From IMG/VR virus record IMGVR_UViG_3300008262_000013: DNA of 64,000 nucleotides. The stretch is one strand, 5' to 3'. Made by a program: the position numbers and the translations under genes. The notes below the pieces were generated by a model. The model worked only from the letters and a program-made list of their open reading frames with translations. It did not search any database and had not been told where the DNA came from. The stretch comes from a virus. Its lineage: Duplodnaviria > Caudoviricetes. Positions 19,594 to 30,653 of this stretch are shown here, piece by piece (the first letter of the stretch is position 1; each line of letters begins with the position of its first letter).

Positions 19594-20934
19594 ATGTCAT
19601 CAATAATAACGAACACCTTTTCTACTTTACTCGCACAACAATTCATAAATTTATTGGATGTTGGTGCGAATACGTACTTGCCCTTAAATCGAAGGTCTTA
19701 TCTTTTTGCGACTATTGGCAAACAAACGCCTTGGAATCAAGGTGACACTCCTCCTGTTTCTCCCGGACAATCCACCAGAGATTTGATTGAATATTACAAT
19801 AGGGGTATTGTAGCGAAGGTAATTCAATTAGACAATGTTTCTTTCGTGGTTCCGAGGTATAATTGGCAATCCGGAACGGTGTATTCTAGATATGGTTGTA
19901 CAGTTTGTCCTATTGGAACACCATTTTATGTTTTAAATTCTAAAAATCAAGTTTTCAAATGTTTAGATAATAATAATAGTATTGCATCTACGGATGAACC
20001 TGAATTATTTTTATCTGCGACTTCTTTAGAAGAACCATTTTTTATAACTTCTGACGGATATAAATGGAAGTATTTGTACACTATAAGTTCTGATCAAAAA
20101 CAAAAATTTTTAAATCAAGATTGGATGCCGGTTGCTTATAATAGATTTGTTAGAGCAACTGCAATTAATAGAAGTATTGATATCGTTAGAATAGGAAATG
20201 CTGGAAACAATTATGTTGATGGTCCAACACAAAGTATAATTACTATTGTTGGTGATGGAACCGATGCCGTTTTAAAAGCAAATGTTGTTGGTGGAAATGT
20301 AGTAAATATCGTTATTCAAAATAGAGGAAAAGATTATACCACAGCTAACTTAATATTTACTGATGTTGCGGGTGGCATAGGAACTGGTGCTTCAGCTAAT
20401 GTAGTTTTATCTCCGCAAAATGGACATGGTTATGATCCGGTTGAAGAACTTTATGCAAATACTGTAATGTTTAATGTCGATTTTGATGGTAGTGTTGGTG
20501 GAATTTTTCCATCAGAAAATGAATTTAGAGAAGTTTCCTTAGTATACAATCCTTATATTAATAATACTGAGACATTGGCTTCAGCTGATACATATACACT
20601 TTATAGTAAAGTTTTAGTGTCGCCTGGTGTTGGAGATTATAATAACGATGAAGTTATTATACAAGGTGACACTTTAGAAAATTCCACATTTAGTGCTGAA
20701 GTCATTTCATTTGATGAGGGTACTAATGTTATGTACCTTAATAATTTAAAAGGAACTTTTACACCCAATCAACCAGTAAAAGGATTGAGTAGTGGTTCAA
20801 TACGAATAGGAATTAATGTAACAAACCCATCTTTAGAATTATATTCAGGAAAAATATTATTTGTTTCAAATAAAGTTCCTGTAACTAGAGATCCAGACCA
20901 AACAGATAGAATTAGATTTATTTTAAGTTTCTAA
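19594..20934 (+). CDS. gp8: Baseplate wedge subunit
   Basis: VVPRYNWQSG, FYVLNS..QVFKCLDN, DGYKWKYLYTI, GHGYDPVEEL, NEFREVSL, QTDRIRFILSF. Confidence 0.93.
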   Translation: MSSIITNTFSTLLAQQFINLLDVGANTYLPLNRRSYLFATIGKQTPWNQGDTPPVSPGQSTRDLIEYYNRGIVAKVIQLDNVSFVVPRYNWQSGTVYSRYGCTVCPIGTPFYVLNSKNQVFKCLDNNNSIASTDEPELFLSATSLEEPFFITSDGYKWKYLYTISSDQKQKFLNQDWMPVAYNRFVRATAINRSIDIVRIGNAGNNYVDGPTQSIITIVGDGTDAVLKANVVGGNVVNIVIQNRGKDYTTANLIFTDVAGGIGTGASANVVLSPQNGHGYDPVEELYANTVMFNVDFDGSVGGIFPSENEFREVSLVYNPYINNTETLASADTYTLYSKVLVSPGVGDYNNDEVIIQGDTLENSTFSAEVISFDEGTNVMYLNNLKGTFTPNQPVKGLSSGSIRIGINVTNPSLELYSGKILFVSNKVPVTRDPDQTDRIRFILSF

Positions 20935-20945
20935 AAGAGGAATAA

Positions 20946-23900
20946 ATGACTAAGCTTTTTAATTACGATCCATATAATGACGATTTTGATGAAGATAAAA
21001 ATTTTATGCGAGTTCTTTTTCGCCCAGGATATTCCTTGCAGGCGAGAGAACTTACTCAATTACAAACAATCTTGTCCAATCAAATTGAAAAGTTTGGTAA
21101 TCACATATTTAAAAATGGAAGTCCAATAACTGGAGGTAAAATTTCCCTAGATGATAGAGCTTATTATCTAATTCTAAAGGGTCAATATAGTGGTCAAGAT
21201 ATTGTTTTGGAAAACTTTTTGGACAAAACTATTGTTTCTTATAATTCATCTAAAGTAATTAGAGCCAAAGTTATAGCTATAGATAATTCAACAATTTTTC
21301 CTATTTTAATTGTAAAATATTTAAGTGGAGATTTTTTTGCAGAAGGCGATGAATTAAAAGTCTATGGACAAAATATTTTTGCTGAATTGGAAGATGCAAA
21401 TGCTACAGGACGTTCTTATGTAGCTAGTATACAGGAAGGTGTTTATTACTTTAAAGGACAATTTGTAAAAGTTAGTCCTCAATTTTTAGTATTAGAAACA
21501 TATTATAGATTAGGTTTAAACACAGAAACAATTAACAAACAACCTTCTTATAGAATAGGTATTGAATTTGATGAATTGGTTATTGATGAAATTGATGATG
21601 TTTCTTTATTAGACCCAGCACAAGGTTCGTTCAATTATCAAGCACCTGGTGCAACAAGGTTTAAAATTAATACCATATTGAGTAAGAGAACATTAGATTC
21701 TGCTGATGAATCTTCTTTTTTCGAAGTTATCCGAATTGTTGATGGGGTAAAAACAAAAGAAATTGATTATCCTATTTACAATGAAATTGATAAGACTTTA
21801 GCAAGAAGAACATTTGACGAATCTGGTAATTATACTGTTGATCCTTTTGTAATATCTCTAGAAGAAGAATACGTAGATACATCAAATAATAATTACGTTG
21901 ATCCTAATTATTTTACAGCATCATTGGATCCAGGTAAAGCATATGTCGGCGGTTATGAGGTACAAACAATAGCTCCAACAAAATTACAAGTGTCTAGAGG
22001 AAGAGCCACAGCTAGTATTAATGACTATGATTTACCCACAAATTATTCGAGTTATGTCCATGTAGCAAACGTATATGGAACCTTAGTTATATCCAACTTT
22101 GAACTTTTGGATATACATTGTGCAAATCATGCCAGTGTTAGTGTTGCTTCTACGACAGAATATAATTCTTCAAAAATTGGTACAGTTCGTGCCAATATGA
22201 TAAAATATAACAAATCTTCTAATCCCGATCTAGGCACAACCCATCAGTTTACAGTTAATCTTTTTGATGCAAATACTTCTTCAATAACAGGAAGTGTAGC
22301 TTCTTCTGGATCTACTAATACCGTTATAGTCTTACCTTCATCTTTTGCACAACTTCCAGCAAACAGTTATTTGGGAATGTTTTTTAGTATTAAAGATGGA
22401 GCAGGATTAAATTTAGCACCAGTTAGAATTAAAGAATCGAGTGGATCGTCAAAAACAATTACGTTATCTTCAGCTTTACCTTTTGTTCCTTCTTCAAACG
22501 CATTTTCAATTGATTCGGATTTTAAATTTGCAGAATCATTAATAAAAAGAAGTGGTTCAAAAATTTTTGGTGCTGATATAACAGATGATTCTAAAACTAA
22601 CGATGATAATAAGTATGCTTTTATTACTGAACCTAACAGACAAGGATTAATTTTTGATGTTCCTTTTGACGCTATTAAGGAAGATACAATAACAAATTTT
22701 GATTTTTTTGCAAGAAAAGTCTATAGCGATAAGACATCAAGTGGTTCAGGAATTATTACTTTAGCACCGGAGGGCACTGACACCTTTGCATTTGCTGGTA
22801 CTCCAGGAACTTTATCTGACAGCGTTATTTTAGATAATATAATTTGTTTTATTCGACCTGATACTTCTGGAGGAATTCCAAGTATAGCACCAAATACTGT
22901 TTTAAGTTTAGCTAATAATGAATATACCGTATCAGCTATAAGTAGCACTGAAATTAGAGTCAATTTTGATCCTACAAACACAGGACTTTTTGGTGGTATT
23001 AGAGCAGATTTTATAGTAACAACTAAAGTGAATAATGCGGAAAATGGATCAACTGGAGCTATACGATCAAAAGTTTTATACCCATTATCTGTAAGTAAAC
23101 ATGAAAAAGTAGCTTATATGATTGATACTACAACGGGTTTAACTTCACTTAATACTGGAACAACTACTGCTTTTTCTGGAGGATATGTTTTTCCAGAGTT
23201 GGGTGTAACTTATTTTGATAATGAAACGGGAGCGGGAGATGCCGGTACAGTTAAGAAATTAAAAACTCCAGGAGTTCCTGTTAGTTTACAAGTACCTGAC
23301 GTATTAGAAATTGTAAAAATTATAGATTCGAGAACAATTACTGGTAACATTACAACAGCAATGTTGACTGATCCACTTTATGACGTAACTAATAGATATG
23401 AATTTGATAACGGACAAAGAAAAACTCATTATGATCACGCAACAATCAAATTAAAAAGAGGATTTAGTTCTCCTGTTGGCAGTTCAATTTATGTTATGTA
23501 TAATTATTTGAGTCATGGATCAGCACCATCTCCTCAAAATGATGGATTATTTACTGTAGATTCTTATTTGAACGAAACTTCGGATATTACATATGCAACT
23601 ATAAGTAAGTTTGTCGATAAATCTACTGGAAAAATTTTATCTGGAAGAGCTTCTTTTGATTTTAGACCAACTAGAGGTATTGCTCAAAATACTTTGTCTG
23701 GAGCGGTTTGTCCGGATCCTGATGAAATTGCAGAAGTTTCTTTTGAAAATTATTTAAGTAGGGTTGATAAAGTAGTTGTAAAACCATCAAAAGAGATGGC
23801 TATTATTGAGGGACAATCTGCTGTTAAACCTTTGATTCCTCCACATGATATAACTGATATGTTACTTTACACCCTGTATATACCCCCGTATACAGAAAAT

Positions 23901-26900
23901 GTAAAAGATGTTCGTGTAGATTTCCAAAATAATCGTAGATTTACCATGAGGGACATTGGTGCGTTTGAAAATAGAATTAAAGGATTGGAATATTATGTCT
24001 CTTTAAATTCTTTAGAAAAAAATGCTAATGATTCTAAAATATTAGATGCTAATGGACTCGAAAGATCAAAATATGGAATTTTAGTTGACAATTTTACTTC
24101 AACTAGCGTTCAAGCTAATTATGGTGATGTAGGTTTTGATAATAGAAATAAAGTAGAAGATGGAGAATTAAAGCCAGCTTCTTTAATGAGTACGACTAAA
24201 CTCCTATGGTCGGAAAGTACTTCTTCTGGTAGTTATAAGGTTGTGGGTACAAATACTCAAAAATCTTTGATTATGAATTATACTTCCACAAAATTTGCCG
24301 ATCAACCATATGCAACTAAAACTATTCCTATTGCTAGTGCTCTTTATGGTAATTTTAATGGAACGTTAAAACTTTTCCCAGAGTTTACGAGTGACCATGA
24401 TACTAGTGTTACAGCTAAAGTTACTTTAAACTCGGTTCAAGGATTAGAAGATGCCTTTAATTTCGTTGATGATAGATTAAATTACGTAGCTGAACAGAAT
24501 CCAACTTGGCTAAGTGACAAAGATAGTCCTTTTGCAAAAGTTCCAGATTCTTCTTGGTTTGAAACAAAAACCACAGTTGAAAATAAGACAGTACAAATTA
24601 ATAGAAATACAAATGGTAATTTACAAACCACTACTGATCAAGTTTATGTTAAAACAGGAGCAACATTAAGTGCAGATCAGATTGGTGTGTCAACATCAAA
24701 ACAGGATTTAGGATCTTATATTACAGACACAGCAATAAATCCTTTCTTAAAACCTAGAGGTATAGTTTTTATAGGATCTTCTTTAAGACCTAAAACGAGA
24801 TTTTATTCGTATTTTGATGGCACATTAGTTGATAACTACACTATCGTTCCATCAAAAGTTACTTTAACTCAGAATACTCCATTTAAATCTGGAGAAATGG
24901 TTTTAATTGCCAATACAAATGCTGAATTATCAACTCATATAGATAATTATGCTTTAGATACTGGAATATACCATTTAGGTGTTTGTGCCGTTTCTGAAGT
25001 GGGATCAGCTAATGTTTCTATAGTAAATGAAAGTAGTTTGTCATTGAGTGGAAAATATGTATATGGTCTAGATTCGAAAGAAACTAAAATTATTAGTTCA
25101 GTATTAGATCATCGTTGTGGAAATACAAAATCGGTAACATCCAGTACAATTACATTAGCTGCAGATGCTCCAAGTGTAGACATTACTGGCAACACAGTAA
25201 GTTTGGTTAGAATTCAAACTACTGACGCTGATGTAAATCCTGCAACTGGAATTGGTTCCACTTACACAATTACTGCTTATAATACTACTACTAAAGTAGC
25301 TACAGTATCAGGAACAATACCTTCCTCCGAAGTAGGAAAAACATTTTCTTATAGTATAGGAACGAATGTTTCAAATAAAGCTGGCCAAATTGGTGGAATA
25401 TTTTATCCACCACAAGCCACTTTCTTAAGTGGAGAAAGAGTTTATAGATTAACGGAGTCTTTCAATAACTCTTATGATAAAGATGCAATTTCTTTTGCCG
25501 ATAAAAATTTTGTATCATCAGGTATAACAACAACAAAAACTTCTTTAGTTGATACCGTATACAATATTGGAATAAGTAATCAAATTGTAGGAACTGTTAC
25601 TTCACCATTGTTACAATCGACAACAGTTACAAGTACAATAACAAGCACTTGGAGAGTCGATCCATTAGCACAAACATTTTTTGTGGATGAACAAACTTAC
25701 CCACATGGATTGTATTTGGAGAGTGTAAATTTATTCTTTAGTGCTAAGGATGATGAAAACCTTCCAGTCAGAGTGCAAATTAGACCTACAGTAAATGGTA
25801 CACCTTCTTTTGATTATTGGTATCCTGAATCTGTAGTTGAAAAATATCCTAGTGAAATAATTGTCTCAAACACACCTAGTATTAATGATAGTGCTACCAA
25901 AAATGTTTTTACTTTTAGTTCACCAGTATTTTTAAAACCAGGATTATATGCTGTTGTTATATTAACTGATTCTCCAGATTATGTTGTTTGGACAGCAGAA
26001 AAGGGACAAACAACATTAACTAATCAAACTGTTTCTGTTAACCCTTATGTTGGCACTTTGTATAAATCACAAAATGCTATGGAATATGTTCCATATCTAA
26101 ATGAAGATTTAATGTTTGAATTGAATCGTTGTGTTTTCAATACAAGTTCTGCAACATTTTTATTACAGAGTGAGAAACAAGATTCAAAAATTTATATTGA
26201 TAGATTTAGATTGTTGGAGAAGTCTATTACAACACAATCTAGTTCTCCAATATCAATTTCTTACTCAGTTATTACTAAACCAGTAAATTCATCGAAAGAA
26301 ACAATTTATAGAAATATAACACCGTCTACAATTTATAGTATGGGAGATGACACCTTCTATTCTATAGGTAATAGAAGAAAAGAGTTACTAGATAAAAATG
26401 ATTTTACAGTAAGATTAGAAATTTCAACTTCAAACGATGCTGTGACTCCTTTAGTTTCTTTAGAGAGTTTATATGTAAATACTTGGGAAAACTTTATTGA
26501 TAATGGTGAAATTAATCCTGAAGATTTTAATATTATTGTAGCTGGTGCAAAGTACTCAAATGCTAATGTGCTTACTGTTATTTCTTCCACAGGAGAAGGC
26601 GCAAATGTTGAAATAGTTGTAAATAATAGTACAGATGGAAATGTGGTTCGAATGAATGTCGCTTCATCTGGTATAGGATATGTTGATGACTTTTATATTT
26701 CATATCCACATACATCAAACAGTTCAACTGTAACAGCTAATGCCTCTATTGTATTAAATAGTGAATTTGATAGTTCTGGTGGACCATGTTTGGCGAGATA
26801 TATTACTAAACCTATTATTTTGACAGACGGATTTGATGCTGGTGATTTGAGGGTATTCTTATCTGCCAATAAACCTGTTGGAACAGAAATTCATGTTTTC

Positions 26901-27185
26901 TATAAAATTTTATCTAGTTCTGATATTATAAGTTTTTCCGATAGACCTTATGGTAAATTTGAATGTTTGAATCCTAGTGTTAGTGGCGCAATAGATGAAA
27001 CTGAATTTAGAGAATATGAATACCGACCTTCTCTAACAAGTGACGAATTGACTTACACTTCTGATGCTGGAGTTATTTACGACACATTCAAAACATTTGC
27101 AATAAAGATTGTTATGACTTCGCGTGATCCTTCGGTAATACCGAGGGTTAAAGATTTAAGAATAATTGCTTTGCCAGCAGGATAA
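20946..27185 (+). CDS. Large virion structural protein (DUF4815 / VrlC-like)
   Basis: PYNDDFDEDKNFMRVLFRPGYSLQARELTQLQTIL, APGATR, RTFDESGNY, RFTMRDIG..ENRI..LEYY, DPLAQTF, PRVKDLRIIA: conserved in large T4-like myoviruses. Confidence 0.85.
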   Translation: MTKLFNYDPYNDDFDEDKNFMRVLFRPGYSLQARELTQLQTILSNQIEKFGNHIFKNGSPITGGKISLDDRAYYLILKGQYSGQDIVLENFLDKTIVSYNSSKVIRAKVIAIDNSTIFPILIVKYLSGDFFAEGDELKVYGQNIFAELEDANATGRSYVASIQEGVYYFKGQFVKVSPQFLVLETYYRLGLNTETINKQPSYRIGIEFDELVIDEIDDVSLLDPAQGSFNYQAPGATRFKINTILSKRTLDSADESSFFEVIRIVDGVKTKEIDYPIYNEIDKTLARRTFDESGNYTVDPFVISLEEEYVDTSNNNYVDPNYFTASLDPGKAYVGGYEVQTIAPTKLQVSRGRATASINDYDLPTNYSSYVHVANVYGTLVISNFELLDIHCANHASVSVASTTEYNSSKIGTVRANMIKYNKSSNPDLGTTHQFTVNLFDANTSSITGSVASSGSTNTVIVLPSSFAQLPANSYLGMFFSIKDGAGLNLAPVRIKESSGSSKTITLSSALPFVPSSNAFSIDSDFKFAESLIKRSGSKIFGADITDDSKTNDDNKYAFITEPNRQGLIFDVPFDAIKEDTITNFDFFARKVYSDKTSSGSGIITLAPEGTDTFAFAGTPGTLSDSVILDNIICFIRPDTSGGIPSIAPNTVLSLANNEYTVSAISSTEIRVNFDPTNTGLFGGIRADFIVTTKVNNAENGSTGAIRSKVLYPLSVSKHEKVAYMIDTTTGLTSLNTGTTTAFSGGYVFPELGVTYFDNETGAGDAGTVKKLKTPGVPVSLQVPDVLEIVKIIDSRTITGNITTAMLTDPLYDVTNRYEFDNGQRKTHYDHATIKLKRGFSSPVGSSIYVMYNYLSHGSAPSPQNDGLFTVDSYLNETSDITYATISKFVDKSTGKILSGRASFDFRPTRGIAQNTLSGAVCPDPDEIAEVSFENYLSRVDKVVVKPSKEMAIIEGQSAVKPLIPPHDITDMLLYTLYIPPYTENVKDVRVDFQNNRRFTMRDIGAFENRIKGLEYYVSLNSLEKNANDSKILDANGLERSKYGILVDNFTSTSVQANYGDVGFDNRNKVEDGELKPASLMSTTKLLWSESTSSGSYKVVGTNTQKSLIMNYTSTKFADQPYATKTIPIASALYGNFNGTLKLFPEFTSDHDTSVTAKVTLNSVQGLEDAFNFVDDRLNYVAEQNPTWLSDKDSPFAKVPDSSWFETKTTVENKTVQINRNTNGNLQTTTDQVYVKTGATLSADQIGVSTSKQDLGSYITDTAINPFLKPRGIVFIGSSLRPKTRFYSYFDGTLVDNYTIVPSKVTLTQNTPFKSGEMVLIANTNAELSTHIDNYALDTGIYHLGVCAVSEVGSANVSIVNESSLSLSGKYVYGLDSKETKIISSVLDHRCGNTKSVTSSTITLAADAPSVDITGNTVSLVRIQTTDADVNPATGIGSTYTITAYNTTTKVATVSGTIPSSEVGKTFSYSIGTNVSNKAGQIGGIFYPPQATFLSGERVYRLTESFNNSYDKDAISFADKNFVSSGITTTKTSLVDTVYNIGISNQIVGTVTSPLLQSTTVTSTITSTWRVDPLAQTFFVDEQTYPHGLYLESVNLFFSAKDDENLPVRVQIRPTVNGTPSFDYWYPESVVEKYPSEIIVSNTPSINDSATKNVFTFSSPVFLKPGLYAVVILTDSPDYVVWTAEKGQTTLTNQTVSVNPYVGTLYKSQNAMEYVPYLNEDLMFELNRCVFNTSSATFLLQSEKQDSKIYIDRFRLLEKSITTQSSSPISISYSVITKPVNSSKETIYRNITPSTIYSMGDDTFYSIGNRRKELLDKNDFTVRLEISTSNDAVTPLVSLESLYVNTWENFIDNGEINPEDFNIIVAGAKYSNANVLTVISSTGEGANVEIVVNNSTDGNVVRMNVASSGIGYVDDFYISYPHTSNSSTVTANASIVLNSEFDSSGGPCLARYITKPIILTDGFDAGDLRVFLSANKPVGTEIHVFYKILSSSDIISFSDRPYGKFECLNPSVSGAIDETEFREYEYRPSLTSDELTYTSDAGVIYDTFKTFAIKIVMTSRDPSVIPRVKDLRIIALPAG

Positions 27186-27188
27186 TAT

Positions 27189-27428
27189 ATGAAAGAAAAT
27201 CTTTTAAAAGTAGAAGGCGATTTATTCGTAAAAGATAGGAAAAATGGTGCCATTTTGGCTGTAAATAAAAATATACTCATACAAAATGAAGCTAGAAAAA
27301 AAATGGGTAAAAAAATGAGCAGTAATGACACTGAGATAAATAACTTAAAATCTAAAATAGAAGAATTATCTAACGATATGACCGAAATCAAATCGTTGTT
27401 AAAAACTTTGATTCAAAAGAAGGATTAA
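27189..27428 (+). CDS. Small conserved hypothetical protein with C-terminal coiled coil
   Basis: KVEG..FVKD...GAIL followed by EINNLKSKIEELSNDMTEIKSLLK; typical neighbour of the DUF4815 gene. Confidence 0.7.
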   Translation: MKENLLKVEGDLFVKDRKNGAILAVNKNILIQNEARKKMGKKMSSNDTEINNLKSKIEELSNDMTEIKSLLKTLIQKKD

Positions 27429-27437
27429 TAATTAGAG

Positions 27438-30400
27438 ATGCCTACTTCACTAATACCAATTATTGCCAGAACTAACACTATCGATGAGTGGAGAATTCAA
27501 ACTAATAAATCTGCTACAGATTTAAATGATCTTGGATTCTACACCTACGATAAAGCTCAAGGCACATTACTACTCTCGGGTACCTCCCTATTAAGTATAA
27601 CAGCTGAAGGAACACCGTTACAAGTAGCTAACAATGTTTTATTTCAAAGTAGTTTGACTCTTGGTAATACTCTTTTCTTAGGCATTCAATCTTCAGCAAC
27701 TGGTAATATTATTGCTGGTGGAACAATATCAGTTAGGGGTCCAGGACAATCTCTAAACGTGGCGAATAGTGTTTACGTGGGTAGAGACCTGCAAATTGTT
27801 CAAAATGTTTATACCAGTAATGTTATTGTAAATACTGACATAACCATAGCAAATAATTTAACTGTAACAACAGGAAAATTACGATTGAATGGATCTGGAA
27901 ATGTATCCTATATTAATACAGGTTCTTCTTTTACTAAAACGCTATATTCCGATCAAGTATATTCAACAAATGTAAGCACTGCAAACCTATATGCTTTATA
28001 TGCTAAAGTTGATGTTTTAGATGATTTGTCTTTTGCTAGAATTATTACTTTAGATAATACTACTACAAATTCTCATATATTAAAAACTAATGCCGCTACT
28101 TCAAATTTTTTAACAACTAAAAATTTAATAGCCAATGTAACAGCGAACATTGTAAATTTAGAATCGAATGTTGCTGTAATTAACGTAGCAACAATAATTG
28201 ATGGTAATGTAGTATCTCTAGTTTCAAACAATTCTACAATAAACATTTCTACCGTAAATACTTCTACGATATTGACTGGTAATGTAGTTTCATTAGTTTC
28301 AAACAATTCTATTTTAAATAATTCCACTGTAAATACATCTACGGTGTTGGTTGGTAATGTAGTAACACTTACTTCAAATAGTTCTACTATAAATGTTGCT
28401 AGTATCAATTTAGCTTCGATTAATACTTTAACGACATGGAATATAACTTCCACAAATAGAATTACAGGAAATAGTATTGTAACAAATAATATCGTTTCTT
28501 CTACAATTAATACATCTATTTTAAATGTCACATCAAACTTATGGATGAGTACTGGTTCTTTAACAAGAATTTTTGCACCGAATGATCAGCACGAATCTTT
28601 GACTGTTGATGGTAAAACTACTTTAAGAACTGCATTAATTACTAGTAATTTAACTGTTGAAGGAACTTGGACAGCTCTAGGTGATATTGAGTATGAAGTT
28701 GGTGAAATAATTTTAAATAAGAGAACACCAACAAACGCTGAAGCGACATTTAGAAATGAAAGACCTATAGGTGATGATGCGTTAATTAGATGGAATGAAG
28801 CTGATGATAGATGGACTATTTCGAGAGGAAATACATATTCTTCCCTCTATGGAATTTTGGATGATAGTTTCTTAAGTTCATCAATAAACAGCACAAGTAC
28901 TTCAAATGTTGCAACTTCTTTAGCTGTGAATACAGCCCATTTTGTTGCACAGACTTCGGGTATGTACGCTAACTCAGCATTTGCCGCACAGAATACAACA
29001 GGTAGTTATGCTAACTCAGCTTATGCTCAAGCAAATTTAGCATTTACCGCGGGAGGTGTTATAGCTGGAAGTTATGCCAATTCGGCTTATCATACAGCTA
29101 ATAGTGGATCATCATATGCGAATTCAGCTTTCACCCATGCAAATTCATCATTCATTCAAGCCAACACACCATCGCATGTAGCAAATTCTGCAGCACTTTA
29201 TGCAAATGGTGCGTTCTTAAGGGCAAATACACCAACACATGTTGCAAACTCCGCGTCACTTTATGCCAATGCGGCTTTCTCTAAAGCCAATACAGTTGCT
29301 ACTGATTTAAATGACGTTGCTATTTCTACGGCTACAGCTGTACATACTTCAAGTTCTGCATCATTATATGCTAATGGAGCTTTCGCTAAAGCTAATAATT
29401 CTTCAGACGCTGTAGCTTTAGATAAAGCTACTTCTGGATCTGCATATGCTAACTCTGCATTTGCAGCAGCTAATAATGCTGTGCAGAAAGTTGCTCCTAC
29501 ACAGACGATTACTGGTGATCTTACTATAACCCGTAGATTAAATACTGCAAATCTTCAATTTGACGGAGATAGTGCTAGATATTTTGGTTCCAATTTTGTA
29601 TTTAATTCGGATTTAAATCCAAATACATCTCCAGGTGAAAATGCTGCTATACAAGTTTATCGAGGAACTAATGCCTCTCCTGCTACATTCCAATGGAATG
29701 AAACATTAGATAAGTGGCAATTTGAAGATGGTGTAAATGGTTTACATAATTTGGAAGAATTTGCCAATAAAGCAAATAATATTACTGGTGGTGCAACTAA
29801 TAAAATTCCATATCAAACAAACACTAGTGCAACACAATTCATTGATGCTCCTGCTGTTGCTAATCGTTTCTTAAAGTGGACAGGAACCGAGTTTACTTGG
29901 GCGGATGTTCCTGCTGCTGATTTAAATAATTTAAATGCTACCAATTTAACTTCTGGTACTGTGCCGAGTGGTAGACTAACCGGTACTTATAGTATAAACA
30001 TCAATGGAACAGCATCATCAGCATGTACTGCAACTACTGCTAGTTCGGCAACTAGTGCTACAAATGCTACAAATGTTATTGATGGTGGAACTGTTCACAC
30101 AAACACTATAAGATGTGATGATTTTGCAAATTTCTATTCGAACGTATTTTTTAGAAGTGGTGGAACAACAACGTCTAGAACTGACCCAAGTAATTTAGCT
30201 GCTTTAAAAGTTACTGGTGATGTTGCTGTTTCTAATGAAGTTTGGGCACTTCAGTTTCAAGGTGTCGCAGTGCGAGCCCTTTACGCTGACTTGGCTGAAA
30301 AATATTTGTCCGATAAAAAATATCCTACAGGTACCATAATGATGGTTGGTGGCAAAAAAGAAGTTACTGCAGCAAAAGACACCAAAAAACACGCTATCAT

Positions 30401-30650
30401 CGGAATCGTATCGGAGAAACCAGCATACGTAATGAATAATGACTTGAAAAATGGTTTAATAGTTGGACTTAAAGGTCGATTACCTGTTAGAATAATTGGT
30501 ACTTGTGAAAAGGGTGATTTAATTACTGTATCTGAAAAGTCTGGTGTAGGTATTTCTATAAAAGAAAATGTAATTTTACCATTTAGAATTATTGCTTTAG
30601 AAAATAAAGAAACTGAAGAAGAAGGTTTAATAGAAGTAGTTATTATGTAA
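27438..30650 (+). CDS. Tail fibre with C-terminal autocleaving intramolecular chaperone (peptidase G2-like)
   Basis: N-terminal TNTIDEWRIQTN; YANSAF-type repeats; two WNE-containing modules; C-terminal ALYADLAEKY...GIVSEKPAY...GLKGRLPVR. Confidence 0.8.
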   Translation: MPTSLIPIIARTNTIDEWRIQTNKSATDLNDLGFYTYDKAQGTLLLSGTSLLSITAEGTPLQVANNVLFQSSLTLGNTLFLGIQSSATGNIIAGGTISVRGPGQSLNVANSVYVGRDLQIVQNVYTSNVIVNTDITIANNLTVTTGKLRLNGSGNVSYINTGSSFTKTLYSDQVYSTNVSTANLYALYAKVDVLDDLSFARIITLDNTTTNSHILKTNAATSNFLTTKNLIANVTANIVNLESNVAVINVATIIDGNVVSLVSNNSTINISTVNTSTILTGNVVSLVSNNSILNNSTVNTSTVLVGNVVTLTSNSSTINVASINLASINTLTTWNITSTNRITGNSIVTNNIVSSTINTSILNVTSNLWMSTGSLTRIFAPNDQHESLTVDGKTTLRTALITSNLTVEGTWTALGDIEYEVGEIILNKRTPTNAEATFRNERPIGDDALIRWNEADDRWTISRGNTYSSLYGILDDSFLSSSINSTSTSNVATSLAVNTAHFVAQTSGMYANSAFAAQNTTGSYANSAYAQANLAFTAGGVIAGSYANSAYHTANSGSSYANSAFTHANSSFIQANTPSHVANSAALYANGAFLRANTPTHVANSASLYANAAFSKANTVATDLNDVAISTATAVHTSSSASLYANGAFAKANNSSDAVALDKATSGSAYANSAFAAANNAVQKVAPTQTITGDLTITRRLNTANLQFDGDSARYFGSNFVFNSDLNPNTSPGENAAIQVYRGTNASPATFQWNETLDKWQFEDGVNGLHNLEEFANKANNITGGATNKIPYQTNTSATQFIDAPAVANRFLKWTGTEFTWADVPAADLNNLNATNLTSGTVPSGRLTGTYSININGTASSACTATTASSATSATNATNVIDGGTVHTNTIRCDDFANFYSNVFFRSGGTTTSRTDPSNLAALKVTGDVAVSNEVWALQFQGVAVRALYADLAEKYLSDKKYPTGTIMMVGGKKEVTAAKDTKKHAIIGIVSEKPAYVMNNDLKNGLIVGLKGRLPVRIIGTCEKGDLITVSEKSGVGISIKENVILPFRIIALENKETEEEGLIEVVIM
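28206..28430 (+). repeat. Three 75-nt (25-aa) coding repeats NVVSLVSNNSTINxSTVNTSTxxxG
   Basis: Units start at 28206, 28281 and 28356. Confidence 0.8.
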
Positions 30651-30653
30651 ATT

